Positions 1-9,065 of a stretch of 19,671 bases of DNA are shown here, piece after piece. The translations under genes were made by a program, and so were the position numbers. The DNA lies in IMG/VR virus record IMGVR_UViG_2541047866_000010, one strand, 5' to 3'. Numbering within the stretch: position 1 is the stretch's first letter; every line of letters begins with the position of its first letter. This DNA comes from a virus. Taxonomy: Duplodnaviria; Heunggongvirae; Uroviricota; Caudoviricetes. The notes beneath the pieces were generated by a model. That model searched no databases, was not told the origin of the DNA, and saw only the letters and a list, made by a program, of their open reading frames with translations.

Positions 1-59
1 CGGCAGAAGCAGAAAAAGCTTATTATGCTTCCATCGGAAACGATGATCTGGCAGCCTGA
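1..59 (+). CDS. insF: IS3 transposase OrfB, C-terminal fragment (partial, 5' end outside window)
   Basis: Translates ...[18 protein letters not shown] then stop at 57-59, identical to the C-terminus of the 7791..8681 transposase ORF. Confidence 0.8.
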   Translation, partial: AEAEKAYYASIGNDDLAA

Positions 60-101
60 GTTCACAGATAAAACACTCTCCAGGAAACCCGGGGCGGTTC
101 A
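1..101 (+). mobile_element. IS3-family insertion sequence, right end only (cut by window edge); terminal inverted repeat ends at 101
   Basis: Bases 1-101 are the exact reverse complement of 7749-7849, the right end of the complete IS3 copy. Terminal repeat TCCAGGAAACCCGGGGCGGTTCA ends at 101. Confidence 0.85.
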
Positions 102-892
102 TAACTACCGAACCGTGACGCGATGCATAACCTTTAGCATCTGGCCCTGTATCTGATGGGTCATGCGCAGAGACAACAGCGCCTTTCGCTTTCCATCCGA
201 GTTTCTTGTGCGCATCGGTTGCGGCTTCAAGCCATTCACGTTTGATGATTGCCATATCACTTGCGCTTACTGGCTCACCAAGCCAGATGTGACGATACAG
301 TGTCGGGTTTCTGCGTTTACACTCTTCCATCTCCAGACGGAGAACTTCAGGAAAGTGCGGGTTGTCGGTGTAGTTCACCGTCAGCAGACAAATATCATCG
401 GGAGGGTTTACTACGAATCGCTGATAGGTATCGTCGAGGATGTTTTTCGGGTTGAAGCTCACCCATATTTCGGAAAATGGCTTGCGGATGGTTGGTATCA
501 GGATATCCCATGATTCCTTCGTTACCGCTTCCGCTTCCTCCACCCAGCAGATATCAATGCCTTCGAGCGATTTAATCTTCGTCGGGTTGTTTTTGATGCC
601 GTAGAACATGAACTCAGCATTCGTCCCGAGATGACGAATCATGGAACGCTGAATTTCAAACTCAGCCGTATACCCTTCACGCTCTATGGTGTCTTCAAGC
701 AGCCGGATTACCGAATCGCTGATACTGTTTTGCAGTTCACGAGCGCAGAGAATACGCACTGGCTGCCGACGCGCCGCTTCAACAAGCAGTCTCGCAATTG
801 CCCATGATTTACCGCTACCTCGACCGCCTTTGGCGACTTTGTAGCGATGCGCCTCAATGAACGGTTCAAAGATAGGATTAATCGAGGTCATT
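102..892 (-). pseudogene. Terminase large subunit, N-terminal ~263 codons, interrupted by the IS3 end at 101
   Basis: Own translation from ATG at 892 gives MTSINPIFEPFIEAHRYKVAKGGRGSGKSWAIARLL... with a Walker A motif (GGRGSGKS). The frame stays open into the IS3 end and off the window, so it is absent from the ORF track. Start overlaps the small-subunit stop. Confidence 0.75.
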
Positions 893-1328
893 TTCCGAAT
901 AGAGTACTCATCGGTGATGTTTCAATCTGGATTGCGCCGCCGTCTTTGCCTGTTAGCTCGTGATCAACCTTGTCGCGCCATTTATCCTTCTGTCGGTTCT
1001 TAAGCCAGAAGATGGCAGCTGTTGTATCAGGCGGGTAATACTTCTCAAGAGGAGTTTCGACAATTCTGTTTTCAATAACACGAATATCGATGTCTGGAGC
1101 CACGAAGCCCATAGCGCGTTGATAAAGACGGTCACTAACTTCTGCATCAGCGACGGCCTTACCCTTTTTTATGGACTCCGAAAACTCAGGATAATCAAGC
1201 TTCCACTTGTTAATAGTTGACTCACTGACTTCGAAGAAATCAGCAAGCTCTGCATCGGTGTAGCCCAGCAAGCACAGTTTGCGTGCCTGTTCGGCATACG
1301 CCTCTTGATACTTTGTTGGGCGCGCCAT
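888..1328 (-). CDS. Terminase small subunit (HTH-containing, Terminase_2-like)
   Basis: 146 aa with N-terminal HTH (GYTDAELADFFEVSESTINKWK) typical of small terminases; sits immediately upstream of, and is translationally coupled to, the large subunit. Confidence 0.7.
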   Translation of the reverse strand: MARPTKYQEAYAEQARKLCLLGYTDAELADFFEVSESTINKWKLDYPEFSESIKKGKAVADAEVSDRLYQRAMGFVAPDIDIRVIENRIVETPLEKYYPPDTTAAIFWLKNRQKDKWRDKVDHELTGKDGGAIQIETSPMSTLFGK

Positions 1329-1330
1329 GT

Positions 1331-1573
1331 TTATGCTCCGGTGGTGAACAGGTCTAACGCTTCCTTCGATTTACGCACCGCTTCGATAGTGCGGGTCGTG
1401 ATATCTGAATTAGCGCCGCCTGACTGGAAGTGAATTTTGAATAGCTCAAGCTTCAGTTCGTCAGTGCCAATGAACTGAAATGCTTCCTCTGCGGCTGCGT
1501 TCTGGTTCATGACCAGCTTGTAAATCTCTAACTGGAATTTCTGTTCTTCAGTCATGGGAATAATCTCTGCCAT
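1331..1573 (-). CDS. Hypothetical phage protein (80 aa)
   Basis: Clean ORF with ATG start, tightly packed just upstream of the small terminase gene on the same strand. No recognisable motif. Confidence 0.4.
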   Translation of the reverse strand: MAEIIPMTEEQKFQLEIYKLVMNQNAAAEEAFQFIGTDELKLELFKIHFQSGGANSDITTRTIEAVRKSKEALDLFTTGA

Positions 1574-1800
1574 TGTTGGCTCCGTTTATCCGTTAAAAGG
1601 GATATCAGTTAAGTTATCCCGTGTAGGGTATAAGCCATTGTCGAGACCACTCATTGAATGGTCTCTGCAATAACCGATGTCTTTCCATCAGTCCGCCACC
1701 ACAAAGAATCTTTTTTGCCATAAGGCAGGAGGTTCATCTTTCAGTGGCTGCCAGTGTTATTTCCCCACTTTCTGGCTTGGGTTGTTTCGCTGTACTGCCG

Positions 1801-2343
1801 TTAATTGGTGAGTCCGGGGATTACGGTTTGCCCGTGCTGTTCAAGGCGTTCAATTCTCGCCAGTAGCTGAGGCTTCTTAATTTTTCCCCAGCGATTAAGC
1901 AGGCGGCCTGACATGCTGGCAACATCCTTCTCTTTCATGTACTCCAGCATTACGGCATTTCTCTCTTCTTCAAATTGACGATGACCAACCTGAAGCATGG
2001 CGTACATCCAGTTGAATGCGTTGATGTAAGCAATTTTGATACGCATTGCTTCTTTTTTGGTGTAGGACATAACCAAAAGCATCAACCCATCCTTGCGGAG
2101 ACGGTAGAATTTTTGCGGCTTACCATTCTGTAACTCATTGTTTTTATAGCAAAGCTCAAAGTTGAGCTTTGTATCAAACTCAGGAGGGCAAGCTTCTATG
2201 GTTCGTTCAATGTCACGAACCACGTTCTTCGGCAGCTTTCCAAATGCTTTTGCCACCATAAAAGAATCTGTAACCGGATCGTTGTTTGCTACAAAAATTA
2301 GGTCTCTGAAATCTATATCGTTAACAACGGTTGGGTAGTTCAT
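1801..2343 (-). CDS. Rha-family phage regulatory protein (start probably MNYPTVV at 2343; track ORF extends to 2412)
   Basis: Rha-like N-terminal region (DSFMVAKAFGKLPKNVVRDIERTIE ... KFYRLRKDGLMLLVMSYTKKEAMRIKIAYINAF). AAAGG lies 7-8 nt before the ATG at 2343. Confidence 0.55.
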   Translation of the reverse strand: MNYPTVVNDIDFRDLIFVANNDPVTDSFMVAKAFGKLPKNVVRDIERTIEACPPEFDTKLNFELCYKNNELQNGKPQKFYRLRKDGLMLLVMSYTKKEAMRIKIAYINAFNWMYAMLQVGHRQFEEERNAVMLEYMKEKDVASMSGRLLNRWGKIKKPQLLARIERLEQHGQTVIPGLTN

Positions 2344-2688
2344 TGCGTCTTTACCTTTTAGAAAGATGAGCCTGTTCGCACAGAAAAGCCGCCCCGAGAT
2401 GGTCGCCACCATATACGGCAGTTCTCAGGCTCAGCTTTCTGAAAGACTCGGGATTGTTACGCGCTGCGATGCGCGGTTTACTGCAGATATAAAAAAGCCC
2501 CGAGAATGCGAGGCTAAATCCTGGTATTTGTAATGACTGGCTCTTATCTCAACGCAGCCCCTTACCGCACGCCAGATGCTCAATATCAAGCATCAGCAAT
2601 GAGATGTTTAATCTGGATTCACTCCAGAAGTGATCACCACCCTGTCTACAGAGCCAGATGTGAAGGATGATGAGTAAAATTATCGCTA

Positions 2689-3126
2689 TCATCGAAGGCA
2701 TTGCGTCCTGATGTACTCCTGCAGGTAGTTAACCTGCGCGGTTATCCTGTCGATTCCACTTCGGAGACGGTAATAATTGAGTTCAGCATCTGCTGTAAGT
2801 CTTGGGTTTTCTCCATCGCCCATGCTGCTGGCTCCGGTCGTTGACTTTGCACAGGTGGCGGCGACTTGCAGGCGCTTACGCCCAGCAGAAACATCAGCAC
2901 GGAGACTTTCGATAGTCGCGTTAGCATCAGCAAGCTCCTTTGTGTATCTTGCGTCGAGTTCTGCTACATCACGTTGACGCTTCCGCATATCAGCGATGAT
3001 GGATGTGGCTTTATCGCGCTGCTCTTTGTAGGCGATTGCATTATCACGGTAATGATTAACAGCCCATGACAGGCAGACGATGATGCAAATAATCAGAGCG
3101 GAGATAATCGCGGTGACTCTGCTCAT
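2689..3126 (-). CDS. Rz: Rz i-spanin
   Basis: 145 aa; N-terminus [30 protein letters not shown] matches lambda Rz as recalled; follows R with overlapping stop/start. Confidence 0.9.
   Translation of the reverse strand: MSRVTAIISALIICIIVCLSWAVNHYRDNAIAYKEQRDKATSIIADMRKRQRDVAELDARYTKELADANATIESLRADVSAGRKRLQVAATCAKSTTGASSMGDGENPRLTADAELNYYRLRSGIDRITAQVNYLQEYIRTQCLR
2742..2933 (-). CDS. Rz1: Rz1 o-spanin lipoprotein, embedded in Rz in another frame
   Basis: 63-aa ORF wholly inside Rz, with lipobox LLGVSAC and proline-rich mature part ([13 protein letters not shown]), as in lambda Rz1. Confidence 0.8.
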   Translation of the reverse strand: MLMLTRLSKVSVLMFLLGVSACKSPPPVQSQRPEPAAWAMEKTQDLQQMLNSIITVSEVESTG

Positions 3127-3599
3127 ACCTCAATCTCTCTGACCGTTCCGCCAGCCTCTTTGAATTTTGCAATCAGGTTGTCAGCCTTATGCTCGAACTG
3201 ACCATAACCAGCGCCCGGCAGTGAAGCCCAGATATTGCTGCAACGGTCGATTGCCTGACGAATATCACCGCGGTCAATCATCGGTAAAGCGCCACGCTCT
3301 TTAATCTGCTGCAATGCCACAGCGTCCTGACTTTTCGGAGAGAAGTCTTTCAGACCAAGCTGCTTACGGTAGGCATCCCACCAACGGGAAAGAAGCTGGT
3401 AGCGTCCGGCGGCTGTTGATTTGAGTTTTGGGTTTAGCGTGACAAGCTTGCGAGGGTGATCGGAGTAATCAGTAAATAGCTCTCCGCCTACAATGACGTC
3501 ATAACCATGATTTCTGGTTTTCTGCCGTCCGTTATCAGTTCCCTCTGACCACGCCAGCATATCGAGGAACGCCTTACGTTGATTATTGATTTCCACCAT
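3123..3599 (-). CDS. R: Endolysin R (lambda-type lytic transglycosylase)
   Basis: 158 aa [52 protein letters not shown]..., essentially the lambda R sequence as recalled. Confidence 0.95.
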   Translation of the reverse strand: MVEINNQRKAFLDMLAWSEGTDNGRQKTRNHGYDVIVGGELFTDYSDHPRKLVTLNPKLKSTAAGRYQLLSRWWDAYRKQLGLKDFSPKSQDAVALQQIKERGALPMIDRGDIRQAIDRCSNIWASLPGAGYGQFEHKADNLIAKFKEAGGTVREIEV

Positions 3600-3906
3600 C
3601 TTCTACTCCGGCTTTTTTAGCAGCGAAGCGTTTGATAAGCGAACCAATCGAGTCAGTACCGATGTAGCCGATGAACACGCTCGTTATATAAGCGAGATTG
3701 CTACTTAGTCCGGCGAAGTCGAGAAGGTCACGAATGAACCAGGCGATAATGGCGCACATCGTTGCGTCGATTACTGTTTTTGTAAACGCACCGCCATTAT
3801 ATCTGCCGCGAAGGTACGCCATTGCAAACGCAAGGATTGCCCCGATGCCTTGTTCCTTTGCCGCGAGAATGGCGGCTAACAGGTCATGTTTTTCTGGCAT
3901 CTTCAT
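3583..3906 (-). CDS. S: Holin S (class I, dual-start MKM motif)
   Basis: 107 aa [39 protein letters not shown]..., matching lambda S107/S105 as recalled. Confidence 0.95.
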   Translation of the reverse strand: MKMPEKHDLLAAILAAKEQGIGAILAFAMAYLRGRYNGGAFTKTVIDATMCAIIAWFIRDLLDFAGLSSNLAYITSVFIGYIGTDSIGSLIKRFAAKKAGVEDGGNQ

Positions 3907-4020
3907 GTCTTACCCCCAATAAGGGGATTTGCTCTATTTAATTAGGAATAAGGTCGATTACTGATAGAACAAATCCAGGCTACTGTGTTTAGTAATCAGA
4001 TTTGTTCGTGACCGATATGC

Positions 4021-4061
4021 ACGGGCAAAACGGCATGAGGTTGTTAGCGCAACCTCATGCC
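4021..4061 (-). other. Perfect 12-bp stem hairpin (GGCATGAGGTTG / CAACCTCATGCC, 6-nt loop) followed on the minus strand by GTTTTGCCC
   Basis: Arms at 4032-4043 and 4050-4061 are exact reverse complements. Lies in the Q-S intergenic leader about 150 nt upstream of S. Confidence 0.6.
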
Positions 4062-4495
4062 ACCCGCTTTCACGAAGGTCATGTGTAGAAGGCCGCAGCA
4101 TAACTATCACTGATGAATTCAGGATAGCCAGTGGCTACGGCTCAGGTTGGGTTGTGGCGGTCGGTGCTGAACTCCGACTTAATGACGATAGGCGTGTACC
4201 GACGCCTCGTTTTACTTCCTCCGCTTTCACGGCTTCACCCTAGACCAGCTTTACGAAATCCTCGTAAACCTAACCGCGGCAGATATGACCGGCACGGTGT
4301 GCCATATCACGGACCGGCGGGTGTCTCGTTCACCTGATTAACGCATCAGCCTGCGTATTCACCACAACGATAAGAGTACTGCGCGGCACCTTTCACCAAT
4401 TCCGCGAGGTCTGCGGGTTCAATGCTCTTACCTGTTGTGCAAACAAAAAAGCCACCGTTGCAACTTAAGAGTCACTAACGGCAGCTTACCTTCTA

Positions 4496-4525
4496 ATTAT
4501 GGCTAAATGGATAATTGCATGTCAA
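4496..4525 (-). promoter_or_regulatory. Candidate late promoter PR' (-35 TTGACA, 18-nt spacer, -10 CATAAT) overlapping the 3' end of Q
   Basis: Read on the minus strand: TTGACA (4525..4520) lies inside the last Q codons, CATAAT (4501..4496) just after the Q stop. Confidence 0.45.
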
Positions 4526-5021
4526 GGTTTTTAACAGCAACATGCTTAACTTTCTCAACACGTTTACGCATTTTGAAAGCATTTTGCATTGGCTGGTATA
4601 AAACAAATAATGACGCTTTCAGGATGTCGTCAATTTCGTTTCTACAGGTTGCCAGTGAAGGTTTTCTCCATCCCTCGCCACCACGTCCACACATCTTGCG
4701 TGGCTTTGCAGTCGCGTGATAGTAGGATGCAATTGCTCGCTTAGATGAACCATGAGCGTAGTAGCTGAGGAGGATGCCAAAGGCTTTCTTGTCAATGTAC
4801 ATGACGGAATCAACGACCTGAGAAATCAACATTCCATCATCATCATTACACATTGGCCTTGTCATAATTCTTCCCGGCTCTACGCTCTCCATGAACTTCG
4901 CTATTACGCTGCTCATGCGCTTTTCCAGACGACCTGAATAAACCCATGCGCCCCACAGTTCAAGCCAGCCATTCAGCCACTCGTGCTGCTCTTTGGTGAG
5001 GTTTAGTTCTCTTATGCTCAT
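4503..5021 (-). CDS. Q: Late antiterminator Q, phage 82/21 type (not lambda Q type)
   Basis: 172 aa with ELWGAWV, RPMCNDDDGMLIS and LLSYYAHG motifs resembling the Q proteins of phages 21/82 as recalled. Position is between the nin region and the lysis cassette. Confidence 0.7.
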   Translation of the reverse strand: MSIRELNLTKEQHEWLNGWLELWGAWVYSGRLEKRMSSVIAKFMESVEPGRIMTRPMCNDDDGMLISQVVDSVMYIDKKAFGILLSYYAHGSSKRAIASYYHATAKPRKMCGRGGEGWRKPSLATCRNEIDDILKASLFVLYQPMQNAFKMRKRVEKVKHVAVKNLDMQLSI

Positions 5022-5206
5022 CGTCTTCCCCTCTTGCCTTGTTTGACCATCAGGACGCCGTTAACTATTACGTGACGCTCGCCTTTGCTGTCTCGGTTGT
5101 ACTTGAGCACTGTTCCTCTTGCGCAGGAAAGCATCCTCGCCACTTCGGTCTGATTGCCTCGTGTCTGGATAAGAAGCTCTGGTATCGTTTGAATTGTGGC
5201 GTTCAT
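5018..5206 (-). CDS. ninH: NinH-like protein
   Basis: 62 aa; core TIPELLIQTRGNQTEVARMLSCARGTVLKY resembles lambda NinH (TIPDMLVEAYGNQTEVARRLKCSRGTVRKY). ATGA overlap with Q start. Confidence 0.75.
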   Translation of the reverse strand: MNATIQTIPELLIQTRGNQTEVARMLSCARGTVLKYNRDSKGERHVIVNGVLMVKQGKRGRR

Positions 5207-5565
5207 GCGTTCTCCAGTTCGGTGATTTTTATTCCAAGCCTTCCGCCTGGTACTTTCACACCACGAATTACGCGAATGTCATCGAATTGCTCGTCGTCTT
5301 CCGCAAATCCGGCGTGGATAAGGGAGTCGAGTAAACCTTTCAGGATGTTGTCGAGGTCGCGGCGGCGGGAGTCTGGAACGTCTGCGATGACTTTGATACG
5401 GAGTCGTGATTTGGTGAAAATGTCTAACTTGAGTTGGCGGATGATTTGCTGAACGTCTTTTCGGTATTTCTGGCCTTTATCGCTTATGTAATATTGGCTT
5501 CCCCGTCTTCGCCAGTAGGTATTCACCGACGGCGGGTATGGAAGCACAAACTGATATTCGTTCAT
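5203..5565 (-). CDS. rusA: Holliday-junction resolvase RusA
   Basis: 120 aa; motifs LPYPPSVNTYW, RRRDLDNILKGLLDSL, GGRLGIKITELENA parallel E. coli RusA. Confidence 0.85.
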   Translation of the reverse strand: MNEYQFVLPYPPSVNTYWRRRGSQYYISDKGQKYRKDVQQIIRQLKLDIFTKSRLRIKVIADVPDSRRRDLDNILKGLLDSLIHAGFAEDDEQFDDIRVIRGVKVPGGRLGIKITELENA

Positions 5566-5852
5566 GACTTAATCTTCCCCTCCCTCAGCAGTATCGCCTG
5601 CGTTCTGATCACGCCTTCGAGGTGGTAAAGTCTGGCGTCTTTGTTGTCGAGATTATGGGTGCGTCGGTCGATTTCATCGTGACACGCACTACAAGCCCAT
5701 GCACCGATCAGGTCGTCAGGCTTCATTCCCGTTCCGCAAATTCCAGCCATCCGGTAATGTGCCAGAACTGTAGTTTCAGGGTTGCCATTGCATACGCCGT
5801 AAATACGTACCTGACATTCTCTTCCGCGCGCTTCTTTGCGTAGGTTAGCCAT
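5562..5852 (-). CDS. ybcO: YbcO-like protein (DUF1364, putative nuclease)
   Basis: 96 aa MANLRKEARGRECQVRIYGVCNGNPETTVLAHYR...ACSACHDEIDRRTH, near-colinear with DLP12 YbcO as recalled. Stop/start overlaps on both sides. Confidence 0.75.
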   Translation of the reverse strand: MANLRKEARGRECQVRIYGVCNGNPETTVLAHYRMAGICGTGMKPDDLIGAWACSACHDEIDRRTHNLDNKDARLYHLEGVIRTQAILLREGKIKS

Positions 5853-6574
5853 TAAGCAGCCTCCCCTGTTACTTTCAGCATTCCGTTATCGAGCAGCTTT
5901 CTGGTCAGCCACTGTTGACCACGCCCGGTGATTTTTGTGGTGAACGATATCTGTATTCCGTGATTTGTGTTGACCGCTGTTTCTTTCACTGTGAAATAGC
6001 CGCGATCCATATATTCCTGCATTGGCATATTGCGCCGGGAACCTGAAGCAATAAGGATTTTGTGATCACGCATCCACGCAAACAGTTTGTTTTGACCAAT
6101 ACCAACAACCTTTGCAAAGTTTCCAATCAAAATTCCGCTGGCCTCGCCAACGCGATCGGCAAACTCAACTTTAGGTGCGACAATTGCGAGCTGGTTTTCC
6201 AGTTGCATTTTCTGCTCAGCAAGATCGGCAGCAAGGCGCAACGCTTCCGGTAGCGTTTTGGGGATATTAACCGCAGCTTCTTCAAGCTCTCGCCAGCGGT
6301 CAACAAGGCGAGCGGTGAACTCTGGCGACAACTGGGCAACAACGACAATACTGTCTCGCTTACCTTGTTCGCCCTCGAAGACGTAATGCTCGTACTGAAC
6401 ATTGAACCCTAAGTTATTGATTCTTTCGGAAACCTCAATTTGAGGAAGCCGGATAACACCATTTTTAGCCAGCGTTTCGATGGTACGTTTCACATTGTCA
6501 TGACGCTTACCAACCAACTCAGCAATTTCAATGCTTGTCATTTTGATGGCATTGCCATTCATTAACTCATTCAT
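5852..6574 (-). CDS. Roi/antirepressor-like DNA-binding protein (Rha-like N-terminal region plus KilAC-like C-terminal region)
   Basis: 240 aa; N-terminal MTSIEIAELVGKRHDNVKRTIETLAKNGVI is Rha-like. Size and nin-region position match HK022-type Roi. Confidence 0.55.
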   Translation of the reverse strand: MNELMNGNAIKMTSIEIAELVGKRHDNVKRTIETLAKNGVIRLPQIEVSERINNLGFNVQYEHYVFEGEQGKRDSIVVVAQLSPEFTARLVDRWRELEEAAVNIPKTLPEALRLAADLAEQKMQLENQLAIVAPKVEFADRVGEASGILIGNFAKVVGIGQNKLFAWMRDHKILIASGSRRNMPMQEYMDRGYFTVKETAVNTNHGIQISFTTKITGRGQQWLTRKLLDNGMLKVTGEAA

Positions 6575-6743
6575 CGTCTTCTTCCTCGTACATTGAGCTA
6601 TTCGGATCGCTCATCAGTTCTGCGCAGCAATCGGAGCACACGTGAACTTCAAGCACATGCAGCTTCTGACCGCAGTTAGCGCACGTTAATGCCCGCTCGA
6701 CGCTTTCTTTCTGGTATTGAAGGGATTGGGATGGGCTAAGCAT
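6567..6743 (-). CDS. ninF: NinF (58 codons, below the ORF-track size cutoff)
   Basis: Own translation [58 protein letters not shown] closely matches lambda NinF as recalled. Stop overlaps the Roi-like start. Confidence 0.8.
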   Translation of the reverse strand: MLSPSQSLQYQKESVERALTCANCGQKLHVLEVHVCSDCCAELMSDPNSSMYEEEDDE

Positions 6744-7161
6744 TATTGGCGTCCTGCATCATGAGAAATACAATCATGGCGGCGCGGAGTGGAGATTCAC
6801 CGCAGAAGTAGTAGCCAGGAATATTTTCCCATTCCCAACAACCTTCCTCTAAATCACCTCCTGACCATGCGCACCATTCTTTTTCCGCTGTCATCCACAT
6901 AGTGCTGATTTTGCTTTCAGTGATAATTGGCCACGCGTATTCAGGATTATTGCAAGGATTGAAGCAATTTCCGTTTGAAGAACGGAAGCCATTAATATCC
7001 CTTTTTTGCGTCTGCCAAATAGGACCTCTTTCGTCAGTGGGGATCTCAGAATCGAAGTCTGCTTCGTCATCAGGTATGAAGAAATGCTCCTCCATATCTA
7101 AAGCCTCACATACTCGTCTGTTAATTTCAAAATCACTTAACTGTGAATAATCCATTGTCAT
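6736..7161 (-). CDS. Hypothetical nin-region protein (possibly NinX/DUF2591-like); start at ATG 7161 or 7155
   Basis: About 140 aa between ninE and ninF; the ATG at 7161 overlaps the ninE stop (ATGA). Family assignment is a weak recollection only. Confidence 0.4.
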   Translation of the reverse strand: MTMDYSQLSDFEINRRVCEALDMEEHFFIPDDEADFDSEIPTDERGPIWQTQKRDINGFRSSNGNCFNPCNNPEYAWPIITESKISTMWMTAEKEWCAWSGGDLEEGCWEWENIPGYYFCGESPLRAAMIVFLMMQDANNA

Positions 7162-7334
7162 TTCCTCGCACGATGTCTTAGCAACCGGATATCCCACAGG
7201 TGAGCCGTGTAGTTGAAGGTTTTTACGTCAGATTCTTTTGGGATTGGCTTGCGTTTATTTCTGGTGCGTTTCGTTGGAAGGTATTTGCAGTTTTCGCAGA
7301 TGATGTCGGTGATACTTCGTCGCTGTCGCCTCAT
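7158..7334 (-). CDS. ninE: NinE
   Basis: From internal ATG at 7334: [50 protein letters not shown]..., close to lambda NinE as recalled. Confidence 0.8.
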   Translation of the reverse strand: MRRQRRSITDIICENCKYLPTKRTRNKRKPIPKESDVKTFNYTAHLWDIRLLRHRARK

Positions 7335-7737
7335 TCGTACCTCCTGTCGGTAAATCTGACACCCTGACCAATAGCCCATGCTGTTGTGTACTCGATCAGA
7401 CTTGCCATACGCTTCACACTCATCTGCGCGCTGCTTTCGCGAATGTTGACGTATTCGCCTTCAAGCCCGGGCAAAACATCAGCTTCCTGTTTTGTTGCCA
7501 CTGCATGACCGCTGATCAACAAAACCTTCCATTGTTCTGGTTTTAACCATTTATCGCGCCACTGAACTTGCCTAGCGATATCTGCGACCATCGCGTGAAA
7601 TTTTGCGTTCTGGTCAAGGTTGCGCTTGTAGTCAGTAATGCGGATGGTGACTGGCTTGTCTTTATCGAGTGGTGTTGCGAGGATGGCATTTATTGCAGCT
7701 TGCTGTTGTTGCTTAGTTCGGAGGAATATTGTTTGCT
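7331..7737 (-). CDS. ninB: NinB (recombination protein), GTG start at 7737; its ribosome-binding site is separated from the start by the IS3 insertion
   Basis: ...[65 protein letters not shown]... parallels lambda NinB. Upstream in-frame codons are IS3 sequence. The AAGGAG formerly 6 nt upstream now lies beyond the IS3 at 9061-9066. Confidence 0.75.
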
Positions 7738-7790
7738 TCACTGAATACTGAACCGCCCCGGGTTTCCTGGAGAGTGTTTTATCTGTGAAC

Positions 7791-8681
7791 TCAGGCTGCC
7801 AGATCATCGTTTCCGATGGAAGCATAATAAGCTTTTTCTGCTTCTGCCGGAGGAGTATGGCCCAGCCTTTCCAGCAATCGTCGATTGTTATACCAGTCCA
7901 CCCACGTGAGTGTGGCCAGTTCCACTTCTGCACGGTTTTTCCAGCTCTTACGGTGTATTACCTCCGCTTTGTAAAGGCCATTGATGCTCTCCGCCATCGC
8001 GTTGTCATACGAGTCGCCTGTACTTCCTGTTGATGCCAGTAATCCGGCTTCCTTAAGCCGCTGTGTGTAGGCCAGCGATACATACTGAGAACCTTTATCA
8101 CTGTGATGGACTGTGCCGGACGGTCGACGGGCCCATAACGCCTGCTCCAGAGCATCCAGCACAAATGTCGTTTCCATAGACGATGAGACCCGCCACCCCA
8201 CGATGTATCCGGCAAACACATCAATGATGAACGCCACATAGACGACCCCCTGCCATGTGCTGACGTAAGTAGAATCAGCCACCCACAACTGGTCAGGACG
8301 TTCTGCCACGAACTGACGGTTTACGCGGTCGCCTGCGACAACGGCTTTCCGGCTGATGGTCGTACGGACCTTTTTACCACGGAGAACACCGGCAAGTCCC
8401 ATAACCGCCATGAGACGTGCCACAGTGCATCTGGCCACTCTGATACCTTCCCGTAACAACTGACGCCAGACTTTACGCACACCGTATACCTTGTGATTTT
8501 CATCGTATACGCGCTGTATCTCTTTCTTCAGCCAGTCATCGCGCTGCGCACGGGCACTGCGTTTATCCGGATGATGTCGCTGTTGCTGACAGTGGTAATA
8601 CGTTGACGGGGCAATATGCAGTTCGCTGCATAGCGGTCCGACCCCGTACTGCTCACGCAGCTTATCCAGCAGTGGCATCAT
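7791..8681 (-). CDS. insF: IS3 transposase OrfB (DDE integrase domain)
   Basis: [30 protein letters not shown]...; -1 frame relative to orfA with overlap across an A-run at 8678-8690. Confidence 0.9.
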   Translation of the reverse strand: MMPLLDKLREQYGVGPLCSELHIAPSTYYHCQQQRHHPDKRSARAQRDDWLKKEIQRVYDENHKVYGVRKVWRQLLREGIRVARCTVARLMAVMGLAGVLRGKKVRTTISRKAVVAGDRVNRQFVAERPDQLWVADSTYVSTWQGVVYVAFIIDVFAGYIVGWRVSSSMETTFVLDALEQALWARRPSGTVHHSDKGSQYVSLAYTQRLKEAGLLASTGSTGDSYDNAMAESINGLYKAEVIHRKSWKNRAEVELATLTWVDWYNNRRLLERLGHTPPAEAEKAYYASIGNDDLAA

Positions 8682-9004
8682 TTTTTCCAGAGGCGGTCGA
8701 ACTCCGCCTTCGCAAAATAAGCGGAAGCCTGGCGAAGGATATCGTTACTGCGGCGCAGTTCACGATTTTCACGTTCCAGCTCTTTCAGACGCTGACGTTC
8801 AGCGGTGGTGAGCCCGCCATCACCGCCTCCGGTATCCCGCTCATGCTGGCGTACCCAGACACGCAGAGTCTCCGGTGTACAGCCAATCTTTGGGGCAATG
8901 GAACAAATTGCCGCCCACTGTGAGTCATATTCGCCCTGACTTTCCAGAACCATACGAATCGCCCTCTGACGGACTTCGGGGGAAAAACGAGTATTTTTAG
9001 TCAT
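8678..9004 (-). CDS. insE: IS3 transposase OrfA (HTH)
   Basis: [60 protein letters not shown]... with leucine-zipper-like C-terminus. Confidence 0.9.
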   Translation of the reverse strand: MTKNTRFSPEVRQRAIRMVLESQGEYDSQWAAICSIAPKIGCTPETLRVWVRQHERDTGGGDGGLTTAERQRLKELERENRELRRSNDILRQASAYFAKAEFDRLWKK

Positions 9005-9065
9005 CCTGTTTACCTCTTTCTCAGGGAGTTTAGTCTCCAGGATTCCCGGGGCGGTTCATACTCCT

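Larger units (their letters stand above)
7749..9058 (-). mobile_element. Complete IS3 element (about 1.31 kb by my count) with terminal inverted repeats and a 3-bp TAC target duplication (7746-7748 and 9059-9061)
   Basis: Ends TGAACCGCCCCGGGTTTCCTGGAGA (7749->) and the reverse complement of TGAACCGCCCCGGGAATCCTGGAGA (->9058). Contains orfA/orfB in the -1 arrangement. Flanking TAC on both sides. Confidence 0.9.

Noticed and set aside
163-513. 116-aa plus-strand ORF (and nested 249..455 ORF)
   Set aside because: Antisense to the terminase large-subunit frame, which has a Walker A motif and clear terminase character; no ribosome-binding site support.
4131-4337. 68-aa plus-strand ORF in the Q-S intergenic region
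   Set aside because: Lies in the late leader on the opposite strand to all surrounding genes; Pro/Arg-rich composition typical of a spurious frame in GC-rich DNA.
3907-4500. Possible Shiga-toxin or tRNA cargo between Q and S
   Set aside because: No ORF of appropriate size or signal-peptide character, and no cloverleaf-like tRNA structure seen by eye; the region appears to be plain leader.
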